A DNA stretch of 64,000 nt from Candidatus Marinacidobacterales bacterium (lineage in GTDB: Bacteria; Acidobacteriota; Vicinamibacteria; Marinacidobacterales; SMYC01): contig CBDFHB010000001.1 of the NCBI GenBank assembly GCA_965247365.1, positions 202,550 to 266,549 on the forward strand. The letters run 5' to 3'. The number at the start of each line of letters is the position of its first letter. Positions within the stretch are counted from its first letter, which is position 1. The position numbers and the translations under genes were made by a program. Shown here piece after piece: positions 38,488 to 48,828 of the stretch. The notes under the pieces were generated by a model. It saw only the letters and a program-made list of their open reading frames with translations. It did no database searches and had not been told where the DNA came from.

Positions 38488-39686
38488 TGGAAACGGCGTT
38501 GAGACCGAGAGTGGGCGCGTTCGGGGTCTACGGGGGCCGCTACGTTTCCGAGCTCCTCGTTCCCGCGCTGGACGAGCTCGAGCGGGCCCGAAAGGAGATC
38601 GTGCCGAGCCCGGAGTTCAAGAAAGCGCTTTCCGAGCTTTCGGCCGAGTGGGCCGGGAGGCCGACGCCGCTCGCATCCGCGCCGTCGCTTTCGAAAGCCT
38701 GCCAGCTCGAGGTCGTGCTCAAGCGGGAAGACCTGCTCCACGGCGGCGCCCACAAGACGAACAACGTCGCCGGGCAGGCGCTCTTGACTCGCTTCATGGG
38801 GAAGAAGCGCGTGATCGCGGAGACGGGCGCGGGGCAGCACGGTACCGCGACCGCCATGGCCTGCGCGCGGCTCGGGCTCGAAGCGATCGTCTATATGGGT
38901 GAGAAGGACATGGAGCGGCAAGCACCCAACGTGAAGCGGATGGAGCTCTGCGGCGCTCGTGTCATCCCCGTCACTGCGGGGTCGCGCACCTTGAAGGACG
39001 CCATCAACGAGGCGCTCCGCGATTGGACGGCGAATCTCGAGACGACGCACTACCTCCTGGGAACGGTCTGCGGTCCCCATCCTTTTCCACGTCTCGTGCG
39101 TGACTTCCAAGCCGTCATCGGCAGGGAGGCGAAAGCTCAGTTTCGAAAGCGATACGGCGGCCAACCCGACGCGGTCGTCGCCTGCGTCGGCGGCGGGAGC
39201 AACGCCATGGGCATCTTCCATGCCTTCGTCCCCGTTAAGCGGGTCGCACTGGTGGGCGTCGAGCCCGGAGGCCGCGGTCTCGCGACGAGCCATCACGGGG
39301 CAACGCTCGTAGCGGGAACGACGGGACTGTTGCACGGTGCTCGCACGAGCGTACTCCAAGACGACGAGGGACAGATTCTCGAGGCCCATAGCGTCTCGGC
39401 CGGGCTCGACTATCCGGGGGTGGGGCCGGAGCATGCCTATTTGCGCGATCAGGCTCGTGCCCGCTACGTCGCGGTGACGGACGACGAGGCGCTCGACGCC
39501 TTCGAGCGGCTTTCGGAGCTCGAGGGGATCATCCCGGCCTTTGAGCCCGCCCATGCCGTCGCGTACTTGCTGAAGGCAGTTCGTGAGAGGGAGCTTCCCG
39601 AGGGCGCGCGCATCCTGCTCAACCTTTGCGGAAGAGGTGACAAAGATCTGGATAACTACTTCGCTCACTATGCGGGGCGCCGATGA
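38487..39686 (+). CDS. trpB: Tryptophan synthase beta chain
   Basis: [36 protein letters not shown]. Confidence 0.95.
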   Translation: METALRPRVGAFGVYGGRYVSELLVPALDELERARKEIVPSPEFKKALSELSAEWAGRPTPLASAPSLSKACQLEVVLKREDLLHGGAHKTNNVAGQALLTRFMGKKRVIAETGAGQHGTATAMACARLGLEAIVYMGEKDMERQAPNVKRMELCGARVIPVTAGSRTLKDAINEALRDWTANLETTHYLLGTVCGPHPFPRLVRDFQAVIGREAKAQFRKRYGGQPDAVVACVGGGSNAMGIFHAFVPVKRVALVGVEPGGRGLATSHHGATLVAGTTGLLHGARTSVLQDDEGQILEAHSVSAGLDYPGVGPEHAYLRDQARARYVAVTDDEALDAFERLSELEGIIPAFEPAHAVAYLLKAVRERELPEGARILLNLCGRGDKDLDNYFAHYAGRR

Positions 39687-40543
39687 GCAAACGTAGACTC
39701 GCGAGTCTCTTGAAGAAGGGCACGTCGGTAAGTCCCTTTCTCGTGCTTGGCGATCCGACGCCGGCGGTATCGCTCGAGCTCGCAAAGACGGCCGTCTCCA
39801 CCGGAGCGCACATGCTGGAGATCGGTTTTCCCTACAGCGATCCGGTCGCCGACGGACCCGCGATACAGGCGGCGGACATGCGCGCGCTTCAAGGTGGCAC
39901 CTCGACGTCTTCTGCCATCGAGCTCTTGAGACGCATCCGAGACGCCTGCCCGAAGACCCCCCTCAACCTCCTCGTCTACGGAAACCTCGTACACGCCAGG
40001 GGGTTCGATCGTTTCTGTCACGACGTCGCCGAGGCCGGCGCCTCTTCCCTGCTCGTGCCCGACGTCTGCCTCGAGGAGAGCGCGCCACTCAGGAAGGCGT
40101 GTCGCAAGGCACGGTTGGGACACGTCCAGCTCGTCGGACCGCTGACCTCGAAGGATCGATTGAACCAAATCGACCGCATGGCCGATAGCTTCATCTACCT
40201 CGTGGCCCATCAAGGCGTCACGGGGGTTCGCTCGAAAGGCTTCGAGCCCGTCGAAGAGCTCTTGGAGAGAACGGCCGCGATTCTAGATCGACCGCTCTGC
40301 CTGGGCTTCGGTCTCTCGATGCGGGATCAGATCGACCGTGCGTTTCGAGCGGGTGCGCGCATCGCGGTCGTCGGGAGCCATCTTGCGAAGGTCATCGGAT
40401 CCATCCCGAGAGAGGGTGCGGGCTGGGAAGAGCGCGTCGTTTCGGCTTTCAAGCAAGCGGTGGGAGATCTATTGATCCCTCACCCGCCCGCCTCCGCCCT
40501 TCCGGCTGCGGCGGACACCCTCTCCCAAAGGGAGAGGGGATAA
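39683..40543 (+). CDS. trpA: Tryptophan synthase alpha chain, with C-terminal tail of about 18 aa encoded by a REP-like hairpin
   Basis: [17 protein letters not shown]. 286 aa, against a typical length of about 268. Confidence 0.9.
   Translation: MSKRRLASLLKKGTSVSPFLVLGDPTPAVSLELAKTAVSTGAHMLEIGFPYSDPVADGPAIQAADMRALQGGTSTSSAIELLRRIRDACPKTPLNLLVYGNLVHARGFDRFCHDVAEAGASSLLVPDVCLEESAPLRKACRKARLGHVQLVGPLTSKDRLNQIDRMADSFIYLVAHQGVTGVRSKGFEPVEELLERTAAILDRPLCLGFGLSMRDQIDRAFRAGARIAVVGSHLAKVIGSIPREGAGWEERVVSAFKQAVGDLLIPHPPASALPAAADTLSQRERG
40513..40542. repeat. REP-like palindromic element copy 2 (CACCCTCTCCC-AAA-GGGAGAGGGGA), inside the trpA 3' end
   Basis: About 33 bp shared with 28312-28345. AAGGAG Shine-Dalgarno for the next gene follows. 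Confidence 0.45.
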
Positions 40544-40555
40544 AGGAGCAATCGC

Positions 40556-41566
40556 ATGTTGGTCATCATGAGACAGGGCAGCACCGCCGAGCAGTGCGAC
40601 GCCGTGGAAGACGCGATCCGGGGGATGGGGTTCACGCCTCTCCCGGTGCCGGGGGCAAACCGCACCGCCATTTGCGTTACGGGCAACAAGGGGCCCGTCG
40701 AGTCGGCCCTCCTCAACCAGCTTCCGGGGGTCGTCGAGTGCATCCGCGTCACAAAGCCCTACAAGCTCGTGAGCCGCGAAGTGCACCCAGAAGACACGGT
40801 GATCGAAGTAGGCCAGGTGAAGATCGGCGGCGAGTCGCCTCTCATGATCGCGGGCCCTTGCAGCGTGGAAACGGAGTCGAGAACGCTTGCGATCGCTCGT
40901 CGGGTGCAGGAAGCGGGCGCCCACATCTTCCGTGCCGGCGCCTACAAGCCGAGAACGAGTCCCTACTCCTTCCAAGGCCTCGGCGAGGAAGGGCTCCATA
41001 CGCTCCAGCGAGTTCGCGACGAGGTCGGTCTTCCCGTCGTGAGCGAAGTGATCTCAACGGAGATCGCAGACAAGGTTGCGGAGCACGTCGACATCCTCCA
41101 GATCGGCGCGCGCAATATGCAGAACTTCTCGCTGCTCAAGAAGCTCGGCGAGCTCAAACGGCCCGTTCTCCTGAAACGAGGCCTATCGGCGACGCTCGAG
41201 GAGTGGCTCATGGCGGCGGAGTACCTTCTCGCCGAGGGCAACAAGGACGTGATTCTCTGCGAGCGCGGCGTGCGTACCTTCAACGACCACTCGCGGAACA
41301 CATTGGACCTCAACGTCGTGCCGCTCGCCCGGAAGATCTCGCACTTGCCGGTGCTCGTGGACCCCTCCCACGGTGTTGGCAAGCGTGATCGCGTCCGCGC
41401 TCTCGCAAGAGCTGCGATGGCCGCGGGCGCACACGGCCTGATGATGGAGGTACATACTCATCCCGACACCGCCTACTCCGATGCTCAGCAGACGATCGAC
41501 GTCGAGACGTTCTCCGGCGTCGTGAAGGATATCGAGATATTGGGAGCGCTGGAGAGTATCTTCTAG
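40556..41566 (+). CDS. 3-deoxy-7-phosphoheptulonate (DAHP) synthase, type I-beta with N-terminal regulatory domain (ferredoxin-like/ACT, about 80 aa)
   Basis: KDO8PS-like core IAGPCSVE...GAHIFRAGAYKPRTSPYSFQG...LLKRG...VLVDPSHG.GKRD. Confidence 0.85.
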   Translation: MLVIMRQGSTAEQCDAVEDAIRGMGFTPLPVPGANRTAICVTGNKGPVESALLNQLPGVVECIRVTKPYKLVSREVHPEDTVIEVGQVKIGGESPLMIAGPCSVETESRTLAIARRVQEAGAHIFRAGAYKPRTSPYSFQGLGEEGLHTLQRVRDEVGLPVVSEVISTEIADKVAEHVDILQIGARNMQNFSLLKKLGELKRPVLLKRGLSATLEEWLMAAEYLLAEGNKDVILCERGVRTFNDHSRNTLDLNVVPLARKISHLPVLVDPSHGVGKRDRVRALARAAMAAGAHGLMMEVHTHPDTAYSDAQQTIDVETFSGVVKDIEILGALESIF

Positions 41567-42370
41567 GACAGTCCGTACTATCTCATCTTCGGTCCCAACC
41601 GCGACGAAATCGCGCGCTACGGCCTGACAGTCGGGGACGTCCAAGACATTCAGTCCGCGATCGGCGGGATGAACATCACTACGACCGTTGAGGGCCTCGA
41701 GCGCTATCCGGTCAACCTTCGCTACAGTCGCGAGCTCCGGCACAATATTCCCGCGCTCAAAGAAATTCTGGTCCCGACGCCGGCGGGCCAGCATATTCCA
41801 CTCGGTCTCCTCGCCGACATCCGGGTCGAGAATCCCGTCGGGTACAACGTCGCCTGGAGTGGGGAGTACGAGTACATGCAGCGCGCCAAGGAGCGGCTTC
41901 GATTGGTCGTTCCGATGACGCTCGTCATCATCTTCATCATTATTTATCTGAGCACGAAGTCGTTTCTCGAGACCGCCATCGTGCTGCTCGCGGTACCCTT
42001 TTCGCTCGTCGGGGTGTTCTGGCTCATGTGGTGGTTGGACTACAATCTGAGCATCGCCGTCTGGGTAGGCATCATCGCGCTCGCTGGTGTGAGCGCGGAG
42101 ACGGGGGTCGTGATGCTCCTCTACCTCGACGTGTCCTACAAGGACGCGGTGAAACAGGGAAAGATGCGGCACCGCAAGGATCTCGTCGAGGCCGTCTATC
42201 ACGGCGCAGTGAGGCGAGTGCGTCCGAAGCTCATGACGGCGATCGCGGCCATGGCGGGCCTGCTTCCCATCATGTGGAGCACGGGCACGGGCGCGGCCGT
42301 CATGAAGCGGATCGCGACGCCCATGGTCGGGGGCATGATGACGTCGGTGGCGGTGGTGCTGCTCGTCTAA
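41567..42370 (+). pseudogene. 5'-truncated remnant (C-terminal roughly 270 aa) of a CusA/CzcA-family heavy-metal efflux RND permease
   Basis: The reading frame is open from the codon after the DAHPS TAG stop and in the same frame as it. YGLTVGDVQDIQSAIGG.NITTTVEGLERYPVNLRY...LRVRPK.MT...GL.P..W.TG.G...M.RIA.PM.GGM matches the CusA C-terminus. The N-terminal roughly 750 aa are absent. Premature TAA (TAC in copy 2). Confidence 0.75.
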
Positions 42371-42465
42371 CCCCGCGATCTATTACGTTTGGAAAGGCTG
42401 GAGGCTCACCGAAAGGTGAACGACCTGAGGGATACCCTGTTTCACGTCGTGCGCTCACTCACCTG
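42275..42465 (+). repeat. Direct repeat copy 1 (about 88-90% identical to 61357-61545): cusA 3' end plus the first 15 or so codons of a TRASH-lipoprotein gene
   Basis: I aligned the two copies by eye. About 13 mismatches over the central 125 bp. Similarity continues into VNDLRDTLFHVVRSL versus MNERRNTRFDVVNRL. Confidence 0.6.
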
Positions 42466-42473
42466 GGGTGCGG

Positions 42474-42512
42474 GCTGAAATCTTGCCCGCGCAAGATATC
42501 CGTCGCGATAGC
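42474..42512 (+). repeat. 40-bp motif copy A (GCTGAAATCTTGCCCGCGCAAGATATCCGTCGCGATAGCC) containing palindrome ATCTTGC-CCGC-GCAAGAT
   Basis: Second copy at 44319-44358. The two flank the yeiH-like gene. Confidence 0.4.
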
Positions 42513-42692
42513 CTCGCTGAGCCGCATGCAATCCGAGGAAATTGGAGGAACTGGCGCCATCTCGGCGGCGTGCAGGCCGCCGTCGATCTAGACGAAGGCA
42601 TTGCCGCGCGCTGCCAGCTCGCGGGCTTCGCCGTCGGACAGTCCGCGAACGTAGGCCAGCCTCTTCGAGAACCTCCGGTGCGCCAGTCGTCG

Positions 42693-42917
42693 CTAGCGGC
42701 CCCCGTATTTCCCCTCCTCACTGAGGAACTCGTTCAGATCCCCGACCTCGCTATAGAAGGTTGCTGAAGCGTTGATGTCCCCGGCTCGATTGTGGGAAAA
42801 AACCTCACCGGCGATTCCGGGCGTCTTCGGGCTCAGCCGATGGGCTACCGTCCCGAAGATGAGAAGGAGTGCCAGCCCGAGGACGAGTTTGCACCAGCGC
42901 AGGAAACCGTTCGTCAC
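42693..42917 (-). CDS. Small membrane protein (one TM), stop/start-overlapped with the upstream transporter gene
   Basis: LRWCKLVLGLALLLIFGTVAH. 4-bp overlap with the 42914..44242 gene. Confidence 0.3.
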   Translation of the reverse strand: MTNGFLRWCKLVLGLALLLIFGTVAHRLSPKTPGIAGEVFSHNRAGDINASATFYSEVGDLNEFLSEEGKYGGR

Positions 42918-44242
42918 GACGGTTCCAGTTCCGGGAAAAGGATGCCACCGAAGGCCAGCCAGGCCATGAGCAGCGTCAGCAGGATATTGAAGCTCTGGCC
43001 CACGACATAAAGAACGAGAGGTTTGCCTCCACCCAGGTGGCTAACGAGCTCTTTGAAGTTCGATTCCAGGCCGATGGAAACGAAGGCAAGACAGAAAAAC
43101 CAACCCCGAAATGCTTTGCTGACATTGAGAATGCCGTTCACGCCCTCATCCCCCAGCGCCGGCATCAAGACGAAACTGAAGACTAGAGAGGCCAGAGCGA
43201 AGCCGAGGATGAACTTCGGGAAGCGATACCATATTTCCATCGGGCTCGGACGCGGCCTGGTTGGATCCCGCTCGACCCGGGTCACCCAGTAGAGGGCCAC
43301 CAGGAACGCAACGACGCCGATGAGAATGTTCTGAATCATCTTCACCACCGCCGCCACCTTCTCCGCCTCCGGCCCCAGGAACGCTCCCGCTGCCACCACC
43401 GCGCCGGTAGCATCGATGGTGCCCCCCAGCCAGGCGCCTCCCACTTGATCGGAAAGACCCATCGAGCGGGACAAGGCCGGCATTCCCACCATCATGGCCA
43501 CCGTGAAGATCATGGTCATGCTCACCGCCAGGGTGAGCTCTTGCTTCTTCGCCTTGCAGGCGGCGGCAGTCGCGATGGCCGCCGATACCCCACACACCGA
43601 GGTGGCCGCTGCGACGACGATCGTCAGCGGTCTCGAGGCCATGTTCAACCAGCTGGTGCCGAACTTCCACATGAAGATGATGACGACAGGAGTCACGACC
43701 CACGCCACCAGCAGTCCGGCCACGCCAAGGTTCAGGATCTCCGAGAAGAGGATCTCGCCTCCCAGAAGCACCAGACCGGTCTTGATGAACAGCTCGGACC
43801 GGGCACCGTGAAGAAGCAGCTTCGGTGTGCCGACCGTGTTCGAAATGAGAAGTCCCAAGAAAAGCGCCCAGAGTGCATAGCCAAGCCCCCAGGCGCTCAT
43901 CGTCACTTGAGCAGCCACGGTGTAGGCGATGACCGCAAGGACATAGACGAACAGAAAACCGCCCGCGTACGACGCCCAGTCCTTTCTCATGAACCAGACC
44001 CCCACCGCGGTCAGGGCTCCGAGACCGAGACCGAAAAGACCGAGTGGAAGGACGACGTCGCCGGGAAGAGCGGCCCGAGGGTCTGCCGTCCACTTCAGCA
44101 CCTTCGGTACCGACCCGATGAACCCGGCTCCAACTGCAATGAAGACGAGCGTACCCAACCAGATGGCCCACCAATCTTCCTTTCGCAAGAGATCGGACCA
44201 ACTGTGCCGTGGTGATGGTTGGGCAGACACGGGATCGGACAT
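42914..44242 (-). CDS. Polytopic membrane transporter, YeiH/UPF0324-like putative sulfate exporter family
   Basis: 442 aa with roughly 11 TM. C-terminal PLVLYVVGQSFNILLTLLMAWLAFGG. Confidence 0.5.
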   Translation of the reverse strand: MSDPVSAQPSPRHSWSDLLRKEDWWAIWLGTLVFIAVGAGFIGSVPKVLKWTADPRAALPGDVVLPLGLFGLGLGALTAVGVWFMRKDWASYAGGFLFVYVLAVIAYTVAAQVTMSAWGLGYALWALFLGLLISNTVGTPKLLLHGARSELFIKTGLVLLGGEILFSEILNLGVAGLLVAWVVTPVVIIFMWKFGTSWLNMASRPLTIVVAAATSVCGVSAAIATAAACKAKKQELTLAVSMTMIFTVAMMVGMPALSRSMGLSDQVGGAWLGGTIDATGAVVAAGAFLGPEAEKVAAVVKMIQNILIGVVAFLVALYWVTRVERDPTRPRPSPMEIWYRFPKFILGFALASLVFSFVLMPALGDEGVNGILNVSKAFRGWFFCLAFVSIGLESNFKELVSHLGGGKPLVLYVVGQSFNILLTLLMAWLAFGGILFPELEPS

Positions 44243-44318
44243 ACGCTAGGCTCCGGGCATGCTATGTACCAGATCGAGTGACGACTGGCAAGAAGCCGGG
44301 GCTTTTTTGAACGCGCCC

Positions 44319-44358
44319 GCCGATGAAATCTCGCCCGCGCAAGATTTTCTGTCGCGAC
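44319..44358 (+). repeat. 40-bp motif copy B (GATGAAATCTCGCCCGCGCAAGATTTTCTGTCGCGACTGG)
   Basis: Palindrome ATCTCGC-CCGC-GCAAGAT at 44328-44345, in the 5' region of the yeiH-like gene. Confidence 0.4.
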
Positions 44359-44481
44359 TGGACTCCTCCAAGAATCCTGGCCGCCGGCGCTTTGAAATGC
44401 GGCGACCGCGTCGCGATAACGCGGGTCCTCTCTTTTTAGCAGATCTTAGAAACGGGGCTGCGTTACCATGGGGCGCGGGAC

Positions 44482-44839
44482 ATGGTATACGCTGCGCTCG
44501 CTGACGTGACATTGGCGCTCCATCTCGCCTTCATCGTGTTCATCGTTCTCGGCGGCCTCGCGGTGGCGCGTTGGCCTCGCATGGCGTGGGTGCATCTGCC
44601 CGCTGACCCCTCTCGAGAACTGGCTTCGCCTGCGCGCGGGCGAGGAAGGGTTAGCCGGAACCTTCGTCGAGCGTTATCTTCTGCCGATCGTCTACCCGGA
44701 CGGGCTCACGCGAAACGTACAGTTCGTTCTCGCGGCCGTCGTGCTCGCGGTGAACGTCGCCGTCTACGCGTTCGTCATTGGTCGAGGTCGCCGTCGTCCC
44801 ACTGCCGCTTCGGGTCGACGCCCTCGTGCGTCAACGTGA
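44482..44839 (+). pseudogene. DUF2784 family membrane protein gene inactivated by an internal deletion that shifts the frame
   Basis: Frame 1 reads MVYAALADVTLALHLAFIVFIVLGGLAVARWPRMAWVHLPA. It continues in another frame as LTPLENWLRLRAGEEGLAGTFVERYLLPIVYPDGLTRNVQFVLAAVVLAVNVAVYAFVIG (stop at 44837-44839). The DUF2784 segment of about 15 aa that normally sits between these parts is missing. Confidence 0.55.
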
Positions 44840-44999
44840 CGGTTGATAGACTAGTGCCGTGGTCCACAAATAGTGCCCGTAATGAGAACGTCGAGGCGCG
44901 CGGCTGGCAAGGCGCGCCGAGTGAGGAATACCGGGTGTATGTGAGCGAGGCGCAACGCAGCCAGCCGGGATGCATCGGCGTTCTCATAGGGCAGTATTT

Positions 45000-45518
45000 A
45001 TGGACCGCGGTACTAGCTTTGTGATCGTTCGGAACGAGGGTCCAGGGGATGCCAACGCCATCCGCCGCTTGAATACGGAAGCGTTCGGACAACCGCGGGA
45101 AGCCGAGCTCGTCGACGCGCTTCGTGACCACTGCGATGACGTGCTTTCGCTCGTCGCGGTGGACGGGGACGACATCGTCGGCCACATTCTTTTCAGCCCT
45201 GCCATCATTAATGATGTAGCCAGCATGGGGCTCGGGCCGATGGCGGTGGCACCCGAACGGCAGCGGCGTGGCATCGGCTCCAAGCTGATACGTGCCGGCC
45301 TCGCGAAGCTCGAAGAGCGCGGCTGCCCGTTCGTCATCGTGCTCGGACATCCGGAGTACTACCCGCGGTTCGGCTTCGAGCGAGCGAGCCGTTACGGTGT
45401 CCGGTGCGAGTGGGATGTGCCGGATGACGTCTTCATGGTTTTGGTGCTCGACGAGGCTGCGATGAGAGGGGTGTCGGGGCTCGTGCGCTATCGACCGGAG
45501 TTTTCAGAGGTGGCGTGA
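45000..45518 (+). CDS. GNAT family N-acetyltransferase
   Basis: VGHILFSP...MGLGPMAV.PE.QRRGIGSKLI..GL..L.E.G. Confidence 0.8.
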   Translation: MDRGTSFVIVRNEGPGDANAIRRLNTEAFGQPREAELVDALRDHCDDVLSLVAVDGDDIVGHILFSPAIINDVASMGLGPMAVAPERQRRGIGSKLIRAGLAKLEERGCPFVIVLGHPEYYPRFGFERASRYGVRCEWDVPDDVFMVLVLDEAAMRGVSGLVRYRPEFSEVA

Positions 45519-45543
45519 GTCAGTCGGCCGAAAGGAGGTCCGC

Positions 45544-46341
45544 GTGCTCGATTCGAAAGCTCCATTGATCATCACCAGTCTGGCGTGGATGTGCGCCACC
45601 AGTTTTGCGCTTCCTCGAGAGGCGAGCGTCAAACCGGGCAGTGGCGTTGGCGAGCAACAGGAATCGGGCGATCCGAAGCTCACCGAGATCTGGGAGCCGG
45701 AGCCTCGCGTCATCGATCCGGGCGACTCCGGCCAGCCTCCGTCGGATGCCATCGTTCTCTTTGATGGATCGGGCCTGGCGGAATGGCAACACGAGAACGG
45801 CGGCGGACCCAGGTGGGGCGTTGCCGATGGGGCCTTCACCGTGATAGCGGGCACAGGCAGCCTGGTGACGAAGCGATCGTTCGGCAGCGTTCAGCTCCAT
45901 ATCGAGTGGAGGACGCCTGACGTTGCCGAGGGCGAGGGACAAGAGCGGGGCAACAGCGGTGTCTTTCTGATGAAGCGGTACGAGGTTCAAGTTCTGGATT
46001 CGTTCCAGAACCGGACCTACTCGAACGGACAGGCGGGGAGTGTCTACAAGCAGTTCATTCCCGAGGTGAACGCTTCACGCGGCCCGGGGCAATGGCAGTC
46101 CTACGATATTGTTTTCGCGGCACCGAGCTTTGCGGCTAACGGTGCGGTCGAGCGACCGGCGACGTTGACCGTGTTCCACAATGGGATCTTGATTCAAAAC
46201 CACGTGTCGCTCACCGGGCCGACCGTCTATATCGGCGAGCCCGCCTATGAGGCGCATCCTCCGAAGCAACCTTTGATGCTGCAGGATCACGGAAACCCGG
46301 TCAGCTTCCGCAACATCTGGGTCCGCGAGCTCTCGCCCTGA
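45544..46341 (+). CDS. DUF1080 (3-keto-disaccharide hydrolase / GH16-like jelly-roll) secreted protein
   Basis: Signal peptide. NSGVFLMKRYEVQVLDS. C-terminal DHGNPVSFRNIWVREL. Confidence 0.75.
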   Translation: MLDSKAPLIITSLAWMCATSFALPREASVKPGSGVGEQQESGDPKLTEIWEPEPRVIDPGDSGQPPSDAIVLFDGSGLAEWQHENGGGPRWGVADGAFTVIAGTGSLVTKRSFGSVQLHIEWRTPDVAEGEGQERGNSGVFLMKRYEVQVLDSFQNRTYSNGQAGSVYKQFIPEVNASRGPGQWQSYDIVFAAPSFAANGAVERPATLTVFHNGILIQNHVSLTGPTVYIGEPAYEAHPPKQPLMLQDHGNPVSFRNIWVRELSP

Positions 46342-46387
46342 GCCCGACGAAAGACTAGGAGGATCTCGTAGTGGGCGACGTGATTCT

Positions 46388-48031
46388 TCACAGGTTCCCT
46401 TTTCTCAGCTCCTCCGTCAGGTAGTCGGTGGCTCGCCAGGAAAGCGCGAGGATGGTGAGCGTGGGGTTCTTTTCCGAAGCGCTCGCGAAGGCGGAGCCGT
46501 CCACCACGAAGACGTTGTCCACCTCGTGCATCTGGTTGTAAGCGTTCAGCATCGAGCTCTTCGGATCGCCTCCCATCCGGCACGTACCGTGCTCGTGGAT
46601 GGCCGAGCCGGGTGGGTCGTGGTCGTCGCGCCGGAAAGGCGAGATCTCTGCGCCCGCGGCATGGAGGATCTCCTCGCAGGTGTCGTACATGTGGCGCATC
46701 ATCTTTTTCTCGTTCTCACCGAAGCCGACGTCGATATTCATCAAAGGAACGCCGTATCGGTCGGTGCGGCTCTCGTCGACGGTGACCCGGTTCTCCGGTC
46801 TGGGGAGCACTTCTCCGAACGGATGCAGCGAAACGAAACCGGGGTAGCGTTTCTTGACCTCGGCCTTGAACGACGCGCCGAAGCCGGGCACACGCTCGGC
46901 AATGGGGATCGCGGTAGGGGTGCAGCCGCTCGACCAGAACTGCATCCCAAAGCCCCTCAGGTAGTCGTTCTTCGTTCGATGGTTGAACCGCGGAAGGTAG
47001 ATGTGACCACCGTCGGCGCCGTCATCGTTGCGGTAGCCCTGGTCGAAGAGCTGTGGCAGGAATCCACGGACGTGCACCATGACCTGCTCGCAAAAGTGAC
47101 GCCCCAGGGCGTCGGAGCCGTTGCCCAGACCGTTCGGTGAGCGCTCCGACTTCGAGTTCAGGAGGATCCTCGTCGAATCCATACAGGCGGCGCCCACGAT
47201 GACCGTCCGGCAGCGCACCCGCTGCTCGCGGCCGGACGCACGCTCGAAGTACTGGACCTCGCTGGCCCGGCCGTTGTCGTCGACGAGGATACGCGAGACG
47301 ACCGCGTTCGACTGGATCCGCAGGTTGCCTGTTTCCAGTGCGAACGGAAGAAGGTGATCGGCGGAGTTGAAGAAAGACGCGGTATCGCAGCCCGAGCCGC
47401 AGTTGCCGCAGTAGTGACAGGCGGGGAAGCCGCGATGATTCCGGGTGAGGTTGGCGCGTCGCATGCGCACGACCGGAATCCCGAGGTGGCGGGCCGCTTT
47501 CGACAGAATCACCTCGCCGCAGCGAAGAGCTGGGGGCGGCATCAGGTGCTTGCTTCCCGGCAGCACCTCCGAGTCATCGTCGCCGCCGAAGACCCCGATG
47601 AGCTCTTCGACCCGGTCGTAGTACGGAGCGATGTCGCGATAGCGAATCGGCCAGGGGGCTCCCCAGCCATCGCGCTCTGCCGCGGTGAAGTCGAGGTCGG
47701 ACATGCGGAGGCTAACCCGTCCCCAGACGTTGGTCTTGCCGCCGTGTCCCCAGACGCGCGTCAGCGCGAACGGCTTTCCCTCGGGGGTGAGATAGGGCTG
47801 TTCCTTTTTGTCGAGGTAGAACTCCGGCCGGTGTCCTCCGTTTCGAAGTCGCTCGTCCGCTTCGAACGGAAGCACGTGCGTCCAGAAGCGGTCCCGGTCG
47901 AACTTGCTCCCGGCGTCCAGAACCAGGACCTTTACCCCTTTTCGGGTCAGGTTCCAGGCGGCCATGCCTCCGGAAGCACCGCTTCCGATGACGACAACGT
48001 CATGGGTCTCTGGCTGGCGCACCACCGCCAT
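46388..48031 (-). CDS. GMC family FAD-dependent oxidoreductase
   Basis: N-terminal [15 protein letters not shown] motif. Internal GGTT.HWGG-like motif [10 protein letters not shown]. HxxGTCRMG C-terminal motif. Confidence 0.85.
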   Translation of the reverse strand: MAVVRQPETHDVVVIGSGASGGMAAWNLTRKGVKVLVLDAGSKFDRDRFWTHVLPFEADERLRNGGHRPEFYLDKKEQPYLTPEGKPFALTRVWGHGGKTNVWGRVSLRMSDLDFTAAERDGWGAPWPIRYRDIAPYYDRVEELIGVFGGDDDSEVLPGSKHLMPPPALRCGEVILSKAARHLGIPVVRMRRANLTRNHRGFPACHYCGNCGSGCDTASFFNSADHLLPFALETGNLRIQSNAVVSRILVDDNGRASEVQYFERASGREQRVRCRTVIVGAACMDSTRILLNSKSERSPNGLGNGSDALGRHFCEQVMVHVRGFLPQLFDQGYRNDDGADGGHIYLPRFNHRTKNDYLRGFGMQFWSSGCTPTAIPIAERVPGFGASFKAEVKKRYPGFVSLHPFGEVLPRPENRVTVDESRTDRYGVPLMNIDVGFGENEKKMMRHMYDTCEEILHAAGAEISPFRRDDHDPPGSAIHEHGTCRMGGDPKSSMLNAYNQMHEVDNVFVVDGSAFASASEKNPTLTILALSWRATDYLTEELRKGNL

Positions 48032-48588
48032 CAGTTCTCCGCCGGCGACCAGTCGTGGTGCTCGGGGTGGGTGCAGCCTTCGAACTCCCCTAGAAAACTG
48101 TTGCCGTCGTAGTCGAGCTCCTCGATCATTCCCGCCCGCGAGCGGTAGTAGCCTTCGACGGTGAGTTGCTTGATCTGCTCGAAGAACCGAACGCCGCGCT
48201 CGTCCTCCGAGCTGCCATCTGCGGACAGGGCTTCGAGCAATTCGATCTGTGCCTGCTCATCGAGGGAGACGAAACGGGAGCTACTGCGCTCGTCGAGCCA
48301 GGCAAGGCCGCCGCGAAACGAGCCCTGCTGTTTCTCCGTTGCTTCGCTCAGGACGAAATCGATGTACTGGTGGACGTTCGCCGCCTTCGCGCCGGGCGTG
48401 TCCGTTTGAGGGATGATGAGCTCGGCGAGCTCCGTTACTGTATCGAGCTCAGCGTCGTCCAGGAATCGGGGCGTCCAGGACTCGCCCTGCTGCACCGGAA
48501 CGGCCGGGTGAGGAAGCGCCAGCAACGAGAGGGAGCCGAGAGCTTTGAGAGCGGTTCGGCGATCCACACGGCGCGGCACGACAGGCAA
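48031..48588 (-). CDS. Gluconate 2-dehydrogenase subunit 3 family protein (Tat-secreted small subunit of the GMC oxidoreductase)
   Basis: Twin-arginine [13 protein letters not shown]. Start overlaps the GMC gene stop. Confidence 0.7.
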   Translation of the reverse strand: MPVVPRRVDRRTALKALGSLSLLALPHPAVPVQQGESWTPRFLDDAELDTVTELAELIIPQTDTPGAKAANVHQYIDFVLSEATEKQQGSFRGGLAWLDERSSSRFVSLDEQAQIELLEALSADGSSEDERGVRFFEQIKQLTVEGYYRSRAGMIEELDYDGNSFLGEFEGCTHPEHHDWSPAEN

Positions 48589-48828
48589 GTATAATCCTTC
48601 CCGTACGAGCGGTGCCGAGCCGCAGCCAATTTCTCATCCTGGGAGCGGCCGACGGGAGCCTGTCGGAGAGCGAGCGCGCAGATCGGATTCCCGACCATTC
48701 ACATAATCAGGGCCTATAATGCTGTGCTAGAGGCTTGAGCCCGGTACCGAAGGTCGTTGCCAGCGCCAGCGGAATTTGGTCGCCCCAGACAAAAACAGCT
48801 CGAAAGAATCTCAAGGAGTAACAAATAG

